Of a DNA stretch of 64,000 nt, positions 1-9,769 are shown in pieces. The number at the start of each line of letters is the position of its first letter. The first letter of the stretch is position 1. The notes beneath the pieces were generated by a model. The model saw only the letters and a program-made list of their open reading frames with translations. It did no database searches and was not told where the DNA came from. The position numbers and the translations under genes were made by a program. This DNA comes from an uncultured Spirochaetales bacterium (lineage in GTDB: Bacteria > Spirochaetota > GWE2-31-10 > CAYYKD01), in the NCBI GenBank assembly GCA_964471825.1, contig CAYYKD010000001.1, positions 65,136 through 129,135 of the forward strand, written 5' to 3'.

Positions 1-345
1 AACGGCCATCATTTTTCTTTCCTCTTCACCATAGACGCCGTTAGAACCCTGAACAGCCAGCTCTCTTACCCTTTGTAGCATATCGATTGTATTCATTATC
101 TTATTTTCGACGACACCCCTCTCATTGTTAGCATCCTGAATATTTCTAAGATACTGATCAGTCTTGTGAAGTTTGGTATGAAATGTCATAGACTGCGTAA
201 CATCAACAACATTTTCCCTTGGAAGTCTGTGTTTTTTACCTGTAGTGATCTGTTGGCTAACCTTATCCATGTCATACTGTCGCCCCTTTAGATGGTGCAT
301 ACCGTTATCCGGTATAGTATGAGTGCTTATTCTATTAATTGACAT
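1..345 (-). CDS. flgL: Flagellar hook-associated protein 3 FlgL, N-terminal part (gene continues beyond window start)
   Basis: Minus-strand ORF starting with ATG at 343-345 (MSINRIS...). GGAGG RBS lies 8 nt upstream (cctcc at 353-358 on the plus strand). Flagellin_N-like motif RVRELAVQGSNGVYGEEER. Sits immediately downstream of flgK, as in spirochaete flgK-flgL units. Confidence 0.7.
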   Translation of the reverse strand, partial: MSINRISTHTIPDNGMHHLKGRQYDMDKVSQQITTGKKHRLPRENVVDVTQSMTFHTKLHKTDQYLRNIQDANNERGVVENKIMNTIDMLQRVRELAVQGSNGVYGEEERKMMAV

Positions 346-366
346 ATTCTATCCTCCTATAAGCCA

Positions 367-2265
367 TTAACCAAGCCGCATTATCAGCGTCTCGATCATC
401 TTATCCATTTCCGACATTATCTTTGCCGTTGCATTATAACCATGTTGAAACTTCATCATATTTGCAAATTCTTCATCTATATTAACACCTGAGATTGATT
501 TCCTAATATTTTTGAGGTTATGAACTATGGTCTCTGCGTTTTTCAGCCCTTTTTCAGCTACATTTGATCTTGCACCAAGGTCGGAGATGACAGTCTCAAA
601 GTACTGAGAAAAGGTCTGAGACATCCCAACCATTACCTTTTTATCCTTAAGGGAGGCAATTCTCTGAGCTATCTCAGAATCCCCCGATTTATTGTAGACA
701 TCCTTTACTCCATCCCCTGTAGAATCAATCCCCTCAGCAGTTGCAATGTTATTGTGGTCAGCAAGAACCTGTTCATTGACACTCATGTAGGCAGACGGAT
801 GAGTTAACGGAGCTACCGCCCAATTTGACCTCTCAGTAAACTTATCAACCTGATTTATCTGATTATAGTCAAATGCGCCCTCTTCACCTGCCCCCTGTAA
901 AACTGATGCATAGCCTGTAAGAAATAGCCCGTCATCCTGCAGTCTTCTTATAGCAAAGTCCGGTGCACCGTTCTCAACCTGATAGTCAGCCTTAAGTGTC
1001 AATTTGCCATCTGTATTTAGAAATGCGTTAACCCTTGCATCGGACTGATTTATCCTGGTTATAACCTCACTCACTGTATCGGTTTCATAGTAGTCTACTG
1101 TTGAGTCATTTATGATCATCTGACCTCTTATTCCAAGCTTATCATTCAACTCAAGTTTGTTGCTTCCAGACACTCTAAAAAGGAAGGTAGAATCATCCTG
1201 ACCATCCCCGTTTCTGTCATAGTTTCCGGCCGGATCATTTACAAATGGGAACTGAACAAAGAAGTTTACCCCTGTTTTACCATTCGCCCCAAAACCATCT
1301 GAATGAATCTCATTAACAAGATCTGTTACATTTGCCGCAAAGGAGTTTACCTTTTTTATCTCAAAGTTTAGATCAGTGTCCCTTAGATCTACCAGACCTG
1401 CCAACTCACCGCCCCTTAGTACAAGTTTCTCTCCATCACCCCAGAATGCATCAAAATACCCTTCATTCTCTGCCTGGCTCTCAAGCTGAAGTTGTTCATA
1501 CTTGCCGCCCTGCACAAGATGCCGTCCCCCGATAAAGAGGATCAATTCATCAGGGTCCTCTCTGCTTATCTGCACATCGACAAGTTCGGAGAGCCTGTCT
1601 ATAAGCATGTCCCTCTGATCTTTTAGATCATTCGGGTTATCCTTCATCGTTTCAACCTTTAAGATCTTCTCATTTAACAATGCAATATCTTTTGCAATAT
1701 TGTTTACCTCTCTAACCTTATCCTGAAATTCAGTATCAATATTGTCTCTAATATCTTTTAGTTGACTATAGTGGTGCCGTACGCTATTAGTAAGAATATT
1801 TGCCTTCTGAACTACTACAGATCGCATTGATTTTTCATAGGGATTGTTTGCAAGATCACTCCATGATGACATAAACTCATCAAGCCCTGTTCTAAGCGTA
1901 TTTATCCTGGATGGGTCGGTATTCACTCCCGGTTCCTGGTAGACAAGTTCAACCTGCTCCAGATACTTATCGCGAACCTTGTAGTAGCCCTGGTTTTTAT
2001 TTTCAAATATTATTCTATTATCAACCAGCGAATCTCTCACCCGCTCGATTCTTGCGGTTACAACTCCCTGACCAATCTGACCGGTTCTTTCTGCCCTGGT
2101 CATGTCCGGCATATAGATCGGCTCAAATGACTCCATATGGATCATCTGCCTTGTATAGCCTTCATTGTTCATATTATTAAGGTTGTGTCCCGTTATCATC
2201 AATGCCTTTGAGTGTGTTAATAATGACCTCTTGCCCATTTCTATACCATGAAATGTTGATACCAT
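367..2265 (-). CDS. flgK: Flagellar hook-associated protein 1 FlgK
   Basis: 632 aa. N-terminus MVSTFHGIEMGKRSLLTHSKALMITGHNLNNMNNEGYTRQ matches the conserved FlgK/flagellar basal-body rod N-terminal motif (MSSTFSGL...TGHNIAN..T.GYSRQ). Size and position next to flgL fit. Confidence 0.85.
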   Translation of the reverse strand: MVSTFHGIEMGKRSLLTHSKALMITGHNLNNMNNEGYTRQMIHMESFEPIYMPDMTRAERTGQIGQGVVTARIERVRDSLVDNRIIFENKNQGYYKVRDKYLEQVELVYQEPGVNTDPSRINTLRTGLDEFMSSWSDLANNPYEKSMRSVVVQKANILTNSVRHHYSQLKDIRDNIDTEFQDKVREVNNIAKDIALLNEKILKVETMKDNPNDLKDQRDMLIDRLSELVDVQISREDPDELILFIGGRHLVQGGKYEQLQLESQAENEGYFDAFWGDGEKLVLRGGELAGLVDLRDTDLNFEIKKVNSFAANVTDLVNEIHSDGFGANGKTGVNFFVQFPFVNDPAGNYDRNGDGQDDSTFLFRVSGSNKLELNDKLGIRGQMIINDSTVDYYETDTVSEVITRINQSDARVNAFLNTDGKLTLKADYQVENGAPDFAIRRLQDDGLFLTGYASVLQGAGEEGAFDYNQINQVDKFTERSNWAVAPLTHPSAYMSVNEQVLADHNNIATAEGIDSTGDGVKDVYNKSGDSEIAQRIASLKDKKVMVGMSQTFSQYFETVISDLGARSNVAEKGLKNAETIVHNLKNIRKSISGVNIDEEFANMMKFQHGYNATAKIMSEMDKMIETLIMRLG

Positions 2266-2309
2266 ACTATTCTCCTCTATCTAATCAAATCGAACTAAAC
2301 AAATCGAGC

Positions 2310-2810
2310 TTAAACAAATCTATCAAGAACAACCGGCCCATAGGACCATATCTTTTTATTCTGATCCTTGAGTTCCCTATCATATGATGGTTTTTCAGGT
2401 TTAAGGTTAAATACCTTCTCGACCTTCTGTCTTGCTACATACATATTATCGTTTAGAAGTTTTATATTTATACTTTCTATTTCCTTGTAGTTCATGATCA
2501 ACGATTTTATCATGTGCTTTAAACTACTTACATTTGCGTCGACTCTCTCTTTATAGGCAACATTTGCCTGTTCAAAGGCATTTAATTCCTGCAGAATACC
2601 GTTGAATGCAACACCAACTTCCTGTTGTGTCTTTGAAATCTCATAGAGTTCATCCCATCTGGCCTCTAATATAAGACTCTGCTTATGCGTAACAATCTCA
2701 TAGGATCTTTTGAGTACATTCAGAATACTGTTAAGCAGTATAATCTGCCTTGCATGATAATCATCATAGCTAAGTTGTGTGCTAAATTGTGTTTTTTTAT
2801 TCGGTACCAT
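2310..2810 (-). CDS. FlgN/FlbF-like flagellar export chaperone (putative), first gene of the flgK-flgL unit
   Basis: 166-aa acidic helical protein immediately upstream of flgK on the same strand. GGAG RBS before ATG at 2808-2810. In Borrelia a small FlbF/FlgN-like gene occupies this position. No strong motif, so the call is by synteny. Confidence 0.4.
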   Translation of the reverse strand: MVPNKKTQFSTQLSYDDYHARQIILLNSILNVLKRSYEIVTHKQSLILEARWDELYEISKTQQEVGVAFNGILQELNAFEQANVAYKERVDANVSSLKHMIKSLIMNYKEIESINIKLLNDNMYVARQKVEKVFNLKPEKPSYDRELKDQNKKIWSYGPVVLDRFV

Positions 2811-2884
2811 CCGTGGTCTCCGTATCTATAAAAATGGTTGAGGATACACCTCTCTATAAAATTCGGATAGTTCTGAAAATACTT

Positions 2885-2955
2885 AATAGAATTTATTATT
2901 TTTTACTTGATAGAATTTTTATTATTGATAGAATTTTTTACTTGATAGAATTTAT
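2885..2955. promoter_or_regulatory. Direct repeats (3-4 copies of TTGATAGAATTT) in the promoter region of the flgN-like/flgK/flgL unit
   Basis: Plus-strand copies: aatagaattt at 2885-2894, ttgatagaattt at 2907-2918, 2926-2937 and 2942-2953 (spacing 19 and 16 bp). Located between the PAP2 gene stop (2961) and the operon start (2810). Confidence 0.45.
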
Positions 2956-2960
2956 TTAGA

Positions 2961-3563
2961 TTATCTCATCGTTAGGATTTGGACAGCAATAGCTTCCACG
3001 ATATCAATCCATAATAGAGCAGAAAAACCGCAGATTCCCCCTACAAATAATCCGGCTGCACAATCAGAGAAGAAGTGATACCTTTTTTTTATCCTTATAA
3101 ATGAAGTAATAACGGCTGCAATCACAAAACTAAGACAGATCACAGGATATAGATAGGAGGTAGTAATGAATCCACCTATTCTAGCCAGATGTCCGCTGGG
3201 AAATGAGTAGGGATCAATTTTATTTATCAATGGATCAGATGGTCTGGCAAGTCGTTTCCGTTTAAATGTCCATTTCATAAAAAAAACTATTATCGTTGAG
3301 AGTAATAGTGCAAGTGATGCAAGCAATGATGTCTTAAGAAGCTCTTGATTTTTTAGTAAATAACCTGCTAAAAAAAGGAGAGAAATATATAATATTGAAA
3401 AATAGATACTTCCAATAAATGAGATCGGTGAGACTACTATTTTACTATAGTAAATGGTCTCTATGCGATCTGAAACTTTTTTATCAAATTCTAAAAATCT
3501 ATTAATAACACCCTCCCAACCCTTCAGAGTCATAATTATATTATGTTTTATATGGTAAGTCAA
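2961..3563 (-). CDS. PAP2-superfamily membrane phosphatase (phosphatidic acid phosphatase type 2 / undecaprenyl-PP phosphatase-like)
   Basis: 200-aa polytopic membrane protein with PAP2 signature blocks KRKRLARPSDP (KX6RP), SFPSGH (PSGH) and HFFSDCAAG (H...D). Confidence 0.7.
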   Translation of the reverse strand: MTYHIKHNIIMTLKGWEGVINRFLEFDKKVSDRIETIYYSKIVVSPISFIGSIYFSILYISLLFLAGYLLKNQELLKTSLLASLALLLSTIIVFFMKWTFKRKRLARPSDPLINKIDPYSFPSGHLARIGGFITTSYLYPVICLSFVIAAVITSFIRIKKRYHFFSDCAAGLFVGGICGFSALLWIDIVEAIAVQILTMR

Positions 3564-3614
3564 TATCTGAGCAGTAATTAATTAAATATATTATACTGCT
3601 GTTTCAAAAATCAG

Positions 3615-3643
3615 TTGACTTTTTTTCAAAAAAAATGTATTTT
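3615..3643 (+). promoter_or_regulatory. Candidate sigma-70 promoter for rpmF-plsX (TTGACT-17-TATTTT)
   Basis: ttgact at 3615-3620, 17-nt spacer, tatttt at 3638-3643. About 68 nt upstream of the rpmF ATG (3712), which has a GAGGG RBS. Confidence 0.4.
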
Positions 3644-3711
3644 ACCCTCTAATTAACCTGACAGATCAGCTTATGATTCGCTGAAGTTATAATACATACG
3701 AGGGATTTAAA

Positions 3712-3897
3712 ATGGCAGTACCTAAGACAAAGATATCAAAATCAAAGACAAGAAGCCAGAGAAGCATCAATATGAAAATGGAGCTTCCACAGATGACTAA
3801 ATGTTCTGAATGTGGTGAGCTGACACTATCTCACAGAGTCTGTATACACTGTGGATACTACAGAGGCAGACCGGTTGTTGAGGTTAATAAGGCTTGA
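3712..3897 (+). CDS. rpmF: 50S ribosomal protein L32
   Basis: 61 aa. MAVPKTKISKSKTRSQR N-terminus plus C-x2-C...C-x2-C zinc-ribbon (CSECG...CIHCG), typical of bL32. Followed by plsX as in most bacteria. Confidence 0.9.
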   Translation: MAVPKTKISKSKTRSQRSINMKMELPQMTKCSECGELTLSHRVCIHCGYYRGRPVVEVNKA

Positions 3898-4946
3898 TTG
3901 TAGGCATTGATGTTGAATCAGGAGAGCGTCCTTTTCATGAACTTGTTGAGGCGGCTCTTCTCTCAGCAGATAGAATAGATGATATTACAGTTGTTCTTAT
4001 TGGCAATCAAAAAAACATAGAAAAAAAATTTCCTGATATAAACTCAAACAACAAAATTCAAATTGTAAATTCTAATGAAATTATCTACATGGACGAATCA
4101 CCTGTCTCTTCTGTAAGAACAAAGAAGAATTCAACAGTAGTTACAGGTATCAAACTGATCAAAGATGGGTCATTAGATGCTTTTTTCTCCCCGGGAAATA
4201 CCGGAGCTACAGTAGCGGCAAGCATTCTATATCTTAATACTATAGCAAAAATAAAAAAACCTGCACTCTCAACAAGTTTTCCCGGAAACGGCTCAAATGA
4301 GACGCTTATAATTGATATCGGGGCAAATCCTGAGTCAACAGAGGAGGGACTCTGTAATAATGCGATCCTAGGCATGGCCTATTACAGCATGATATGGGAA
4401 AAAGATCTGCCGACAGTTGGCCTATTAAATATGGGCAGCGAGTACGGTAAGGGTTCTCATCAGATCAAAAAGGCCTACGAGAAACTTGAATCAATCCCTA
4501 CATTCCTGGGAAATATTGAGGGCTACAACCTCTTCAACGGCTCTGTAGATGTTGTTGTCTGTGACGGCTTTATGGGTAATTCAATTATCAAAATGGCAGA
4601 ATCAATGACAGGATTCTTCTATAAAATACTAAAATCAGAATTCAGGGAGCCGACTGTACGATCACATAAAAAAGGGACTACAGCGGTTAAAAACGCACTG
4701 ATTGGCACGCTTGAAAGTCTAGGTGCGTTTGAACTAAAAAAGAATAACATTATCCAGAAGTTGTACCCTAGATTTTACGGTGGGGCACCCCTTCTCGGAG
4801 TAGAGGGGCTTGTTCTTGTTGGACACGGTAACTGTAGCGGTAGCGATCTAATAAACGCAATAGAGTTGGCTAACTTTCTTCATGGTAAAGACTACAAAAA
4901 TGAGATGCGAAAAAACATCGATAGATTTGTTGAACTGCGAAGTTAG
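3894..4946 (+). CDS. plsX: Phosphate acyltransferase PlsX
   Basis: 350 aa. TTG start at 3894 overlapping the rpmF stop (translational coupling). N-terminal IVGIDVESGE and C-terminal LLGVEGLVLVGHGNCSGSDLINAIELA resemble PlsX blocks. Conserved rpmF-plsX synteny. Confidence 0.75.
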   Translation: MIVGIDVESGERPFHELVEAALLSADRIDDITVVLIGNQKNIEKKFPDINSNNKIQIVNSNEIIYMDESPVSSVRTKKNSTVVTGIKLIKDGSLDAFFSPGNTGATVAASILYLNTIAKIKKPALSTSFPGNGSNETLIIDIGANPESTEEGLCNNAILGMAYYSMIWEKDLPTVGLLNMGSEYGKGSHQIKKAYEKLESIPTFLGNIEGYNLFNGSVDVVVCDGFMGNSIIKMAESMTGFFYKILKSEFREPTVRSHKKGTTAVKNALIGTLESLGAFELKKNNIIQKLYPRFYGGAPLLGVEGLVLVGHGNCSGSDLINAIELANFLHGKDYKNEMRKNIDRFVELRS

Positions 4947-4974
4947 TTTAATTTCATTTCACACACAGACTTTA

Positions 4975-5069
4975 GAGGCTCTTGCAAAAATCCCTTCTGT
5001 TTTTTTCTTGATCTTTTATTTGTTAAACATGCTTCGCAAAAATTCAAAATTTATTTTTGCAAGAGCCTC
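4975..5069 (+). terminator. Palindromic terminator-like element downstream of plsX (17-bp perfect stem GAGGCTCTTGCAAAAAT, 61-nt loop, T-run); stem sequence shared with the element at 60845-60892
   Basis: gaggctcttgcaaaaat at 4975-4991 is the exact reverse complement of atttttgcaagagcctc at 5053-5069. Followed by cattttttat. Confidence 0.5.
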
Positions 5070-5169
5070 CATTTTTTATCAATTATCTCAAATTTACTAT
5101 AAATTACTTGTGTTTTTTTCAGTTTAGTGTATATTTATTTAAAATTATTTTAAAAAGGAATCATAATAA

Positions 5170-6660
5170 ATGAACAAATCTATCTTTATCTTCCCTAAGG
5201 TCTCCTCCTTGTTTTTATTATTAATTTTCTTCAGTTCTTGCGGGTTAGGAGATAATCCTAAGAATCAAAATGATTTTAATAAAAAAACTAGTATTTTACC
5301 ATCCGAATACTATGTAAAATTGCCTGCTTCAATTACAAATTCTACAAGATCTTCTTCAAATATGCAAAACTATGTAGCATCAATTACCGGAGTTATTGAT
5401 GATTCTAATAATTTTGATTACTCTATAATCAGATCAGCTATCCAGACCACTGAATGGGATAACATATTGAGAGCTATAGATATTGCTATCATTGATAATA
5501 TTTGTGAAAATTCTGATCTGACAGATGATGTTATAAGTGCCAGTTCTATTATTGTAACTGATTCTATGGTCGAAATAATGAAATCAATTACACCAAACAA
5601 TATATATAATAACATCTATGATGTAGTTAAAGGAAGGGAATATTTTATTTCTGACTTTGTTTATAAAAAATCAGATGATCCGATGTATGATAGAGTCTTT
5701 GAGTATCTTTATTTAAGAGATTATATTCCTGCCGAGCAAGATCCTGAATATACACCTGACTGGGAAAGTACTACTAAGTTATACTGGAAAGATGATAAGA
5801 GCTTATTTAAATCTTCATATTATTTTTTTAATCAAACTCACTTAAAATTATCAACTAATTATATATATGATGGAAACAATAAAAAATCAACATTAAACTA
5901 TCTACAATCAATGTACTCCTCGGCAGAACTACAAGAATCAAAACAGGATTCTCCTTTTGTTGAGTTTGCATCACTTACACTTATGGCAAATCCTAGTTCC
6001 AATAATAATGGAGTATTCTTTCTAACTGAAAGACATAGAGCTATTATGCTTCATAAATATGAATTTTACAGATCAACTTCAACGGGTTATTCGGATGACA
6101 ATGGCGGTATAATAAATAGTGAATGGATTAACTCCTTAGGTGATGACAGCTCAGTTGATATTTTTAAACATGGATTTGACGGTACCGGAAAAGTAAGTTA
6201 TTTTTCAGAACTTGTTAATACAGAGTGGGTACCTGGAATTGGTTATGAGAATATTGATGTAGATGCAGTATTTGATAATTATATAAATAAGTTTGAAGCT
6301 GTACAATCAACCATGACAGATGATTCATTAATTTCAGATAACTTTAAACTAGTAAATAGAGAAAAAGAGCTCTCTTATAATGATGCGAAAATTAACACAA
6401 ACTATTTTGTATCTTCTTCACTGTACACAGAAAGGGAAGTTGACTATTTAAACAAAGAGGTTGGGGATCTATCTATTTTTGAGGTGGGTGCAATATTCAA
6501 AAAATTAATTGGTGCCGGCAGATGTACGACAGAGGGCAAAATATCACTTCTGATTTTTACTCAAAATTTATCTGAGCTTAATGGGACAAGTTGCCATATA
6601 TACAAAAAAAATAGTGATGGTACTATAGAGTATATAGGTACCACTACCTTCTCCATGTAG
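5170..6660 (+). CDS. Hypothetical lipoprotein (496 aa)
   Basis: Signal peptide with lipobox-like FFSSCG (MNKSIFIFPKVSSLFLLLIFFSSCGLG). Asn/Tyr/Asp-rich mature part with no recognisable catalytic motif. Confidence 0.5.
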   Translation: MNKSIFIFPKVSSLFLLLIFFSSCGLGDNPKNQNDFNKKTSILPSEYYVKLPASITNSTRSSSNMQNYVASITGVIDDSNNFDYSIIRSAIQTTEWDNILRAIDIAIIDNICENSDLTDDVISASSIIVTDSMVEIMKSITPNNIYNNIYDVVKGREYFISDFVYKKSDDPMYDRVFEYLYLRDYIPAEQDPEYTPDWESTTKLYWKDDKSLFKSSYYFFNQTHLKLSTNYIYDGNNKKSTLNYLQSMYSSAELQESKQDSPFVEFASLTLMANPSSNNNGVFFLTERHRAIMLHKYEFYRSTSTGYSDDNGGIINSEWINSLGDDSSVDIFKHGFDGTGKVSYFSELVNTEWVPGIGYENIDVDAVFDNYINKFEAVQSTMTDDSLISDNFKLVNREKELSYNDAKINTNYFVSSSLYTEREVDYLNKEVGDLSIFEVGAIFKKLIGAGRCTTEGKISLLIFTQNLSELNGTSCHIYKKNSDGTIEYIGTTTFSM

Positions 6661-6759
6661 CGACTCTGTATAAAATTAACGAAATCGCCTGTACTAAAAT
6701 TACTGCCGCTTTTAATTTATCTTAAGGGTAATTAAACTTGGTAGTAAAATTTACAGGCG

Positions 6760-9666
6760 CTACTTCAATCCTATTGGAAAGGGCATACCAAAGATAAATG
6801 TTTTTGGGTACTGTTCTTCACCTTTATACTGCTTGGTTATCAGAGGGAAATATTCGTAGAGGTAATCATTAAGAGAGTTTACTGTAAGCTCCCCCTTATT
6901 ATTGAAGGCACCACCCTTTAAACCATCAATTATTGTATAGGTAAATGAACCATGACCGAGAGCTGTAAACTCCATTGCAAACTGGTCACTTCCTGTTGAG
7001 GCAAAGATCATAGTTCCGGAGGCCTTAGAGAGTTTTGCCAGTGCATTCTCCTCTGCGGCCCCCTTCATCGCAAACTGATCTGCAAATGCACCTGAATTGC
7101 AGGCATCAACAAACATAAGCTGCTTAGTTGCCCTTATCTCCTTTAGCTCGCCCCTCATCTCTGTACCTGATATAGAATTCCTCTGATTGAATGTAAGATT
7201 TGTTAGTTGTACCGTTCCATGAAGAACATAGAAAAACTCATTACCACCATCAGGCAGCTCCAGGGCTTGACCGTGTCCGGAATAATACAGAATAAAGACA
7301 TCCTCCGGCCGGATTGCCGACTTTACCTTTATGAATTCAGCGAGTACATTGTCCCGTGTCGCTTTTTCATCATAGATCTTCGTAACAAATACATTTCCAA
7401 ACAACTTCTCGGCATATGGAACTAAGGAGGAAACAACCCCTTCAATATCCGCAACACAGTAATTGAGATTATAGGATGAATTTTTATATTTATTTATCCC
7501 GACAGCAATAATATACATATCAGGTTTATTGTTAGTCTTTGGAATGTAACGGTAAGTAACGATATCTTCGACCCCCTCGGTACCCTCTAATGAATAGCCG
7601 ACAACCTTAAGCCGGTTCAGTCCGCTTGATAGCGTAACCTTAAAGCTCCTCTTGTAGGTTAAAATATCCGGTGTATCTACAGTATCTTCTATAATAAGCT
7701 TATCATTTGAAAACACCCTTATTCTTGCTATCCCTCCACCCGAGTTAGTTGCTCTGACCTCAATGTTAACAGAATTTTCGTTAACCGTGTAATCAGCAGT
7801 TTCAACAACTGTATTCTTCAAGCCTCTCGAACTGCCTGAACCTGTAAATAGTGAAACGACGGGCGGTAGTTTAAAGCCTGTGTTGATATCGTTTCTAGCA
7901 ACCTTACCAATATCCTCACTCAATGCTCTGGATACAATGTCAGGCCTATAGAATGTATCAAAGAACTTAGAGGCGGGTAAAAATAACGGCGATTTGCCCG
8001 ATTCCCTATTCAGATGCCATCCTATAAGTTCACTTGTCCCCCTAAAATCATAATACCCTTCGGGTGTCCATAGAATCCATTGTTTCTCATCGGGATGAAC
8101 AAATAGAGCGAGTAATTCCTTTCCATCAGAAACCCTATTCCACCTGATTGTACCGTCATCACAGCAATACACAAATATTCCCGTGTCCCCAACAATGTTA
8201 ACAGCCCATGCGTTTCCCGGTACAGGGATCTTCCATATTACAGTGCCATTATCGCTTAATGCATAGATATACCAATCTGCCCCCAGTATAATTGTTTTAC
8301 CATCACCTGAAACTGATGCGGATCTATTTGTTTCATATTTTTCCAGGAAATTCAGACTTTCTCCGTTTAGTTTAGGTTGATATGAATCAAGCCAATCAGT
8401 TATTTTAATGTTTTTAACAGAATCCCTTGCTGTATCGTAGATTATTTCAGACTGCCTCAACTCTCTTCTGACCAGATCAAACTGCATTTGATTTTTTCCA
8501 AATGGTCTGAAGGAGACAAGACTTCCGGTTTGATCAACTCCAAAATACTGGTATTGATAATTTCTAAAACTAATAATCTCACCTGATCTATAATAAACAA
8601 AGGTATTCTCCTTTGTAACCCTCGCAATGTCCGGGCGACCGCTGGTCGTTAAGAAGGATCCATCGCTTAAGGGTTTAATATCCATAATCAATCCTGTTCC
8701 TGCGGAAATATCCCTATATCGTGCCCGCCCTTGATTATCCCACCTGCGGATTACACTCCACCATATATTTTCTCTCAAGATCAGATGAAATCCGCCTGCA
8801 TACAGATATCTGCCATCCTGTGACCAGTTGACCATTAGAAACCTATTCTTGTCATCGGCACCTTTTGTGTTTGGTTCGTATAATAACTCAAGATCAGTTC
8901 CACTTAGCACCTGTATCTTTGTTGTATCATCGTGCCCTATAGCGATCCGGCTGGCATCCGGAGAAAATGCGATTGAGTAAGGTAGACTTCCGCCTGATGA
9001 TAGGATTTTTTTCTGTTCATTGAAATCGCTGTCGTAGAGTCTTATGTATCCATCATTACACACTGTAGCAAGCCGCCCATCATTTGAGAACGAGGTATTC
9101 TGCACACTCCCATTGTATCCCGGAAGAACCTTTAAAATTTTGCCGGCCCTTATGTCGATAATTACCACACCGGAAGTACCTCCGAGGGCGGCGGCAACAT
9201 AGTTTCCATCGTTTGAGTATTCAAGATCGTTTATAACATTTCCTAAACCCTTAATAACACCTGACAGCTCCCCATCAACTGTATTAAAAACATAGATAGC
9301 ATTATTCTGAGTCTCTCTATAGCTTGTCCAACCCCCTGTAATTATCTTACTGCCGTCAGGAGAGATAGCACATGAATATAACTTGCCCTCATTTCCATCC
9401 TCAATTGGGACTCTGAGAGTACGGATCAAAGCCCCATTTTCTGCAGACCAAAGTTTTACCGTTTTATCATCTGATGATGATACAAAATAGACACCATTTC
9501 GATCAACATCAATTCTTCTAATCATAGAAGTATGCATTTCTGTATTAAGCCTTAGTATCGGCTTGTCCTGAACAGGTATATCTGAGTATATTGGAATGTT
9601 TGAACTCATAAAAGTTATTGAAATCAGAACAGACAACATGGTTGTCAAAGTCTTATATTTATTCAT
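6760..9666 (-). CDS. Secreted WD40-repeat protein with C-terminal caspase-like (peptidase C14) domain
   Basis: 968 aa. N-terminal signal peptide. WD40-type repeats (SSSDDKTVKLWSAENG, CNDGYIRLYD, CCDDGTIRWNRVSDG). C-terminal domain carries the caspase His-Gly and Cys dyad motifs ILYYSGHGQ and MFVDACNSG after MYIIAVGINKY. Confidence 0.75.
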   Translation of the reverse strand: MNKYKTLTTMLSVLISITFMSSNIPIYSDIPVQDKPILRLNTEMHTSMIRRIDVDRNGVYFVSSSDDKTVKLWSAENGALIRTLRVPIEDGNEGKLYSCAISPDGSKIITGGWTSYRETQNNAIYVFNTVDGELSGVIKGLGNVINDLEYSNDGNYVAAALGGTSGVVIIDIRAGKILKVLPGYNGSVQNTSFSNDGRLATVCNDGYIRLYDSDFNEQKKILSSGGSLPYSIAFSPDASRIAIGHDDTTKIQVLSGTDLELLYEPNTKGADDKNRFLMVNWSQDGRYLYAGGFHLILRENIWWSVIRRWDNQGRARYRDISAGTGLIMDIKPLSDGSFLTTSGRPDIARVTKENTFVYYRSGEIISFRNYQYQYFGVDQTGSLVSFRPFGKNQMQFDLVRRELRQSEIIYDTARDSVKNIKITDWLDSYQPKLNGESLNFLEKYETNRSASVSGDGKTIILGADWYIYALSDNGTVIWKIPVPGNAWAVNIVGDTGIFVYCCDDGTIRWNRVSDGKELLALFVHPDEKQWILWTPEGYYDFRGTSELIGWHLNRESGKSPLFLPASKFFDTFYRPDIVSRALSEDIGKVARNDINTGFKLPPVVSLFTGSGSSRGLKNTVVETADYTVNENSVNIEVRATNSGGGIARIRVFSNDKLIIEDTVDTPDILTYKRSFKVTLSSGLNRLKVVGYSLEGTEGVEDIVTYRYIPKTNNKPDMYIIAVGINKYKNSSYNLNYCVADIEGVVSSLVPYAEKLFGNVFVTKIYDEKATRDNVLAEFIKVKSAIRPEDVFILYYSGHGQALELPDGGNEFFYVLHGTVQLTNLTFNQRNSISGTEMRGELKEIRATKQLMFVDACNSGAFADQFAMKGAAEENALAKLSKASGTMIFASTGSDQFAMEFTALGHGSFTYTIIDGLKGGAFNNKGELTVNSLNDYLYEYFPLITKQYKGEEQYPKTFIFGMPFPIGLK

Positions 9667-9769
9667 AAAACCCCCTCACTTTATGATCCACTATAATGGC
9701 TCTCATATACACCTCATTTTAGCATTATCGATTCTAATTTCAAACTATTTCTACTAAGAATATGCTGTT

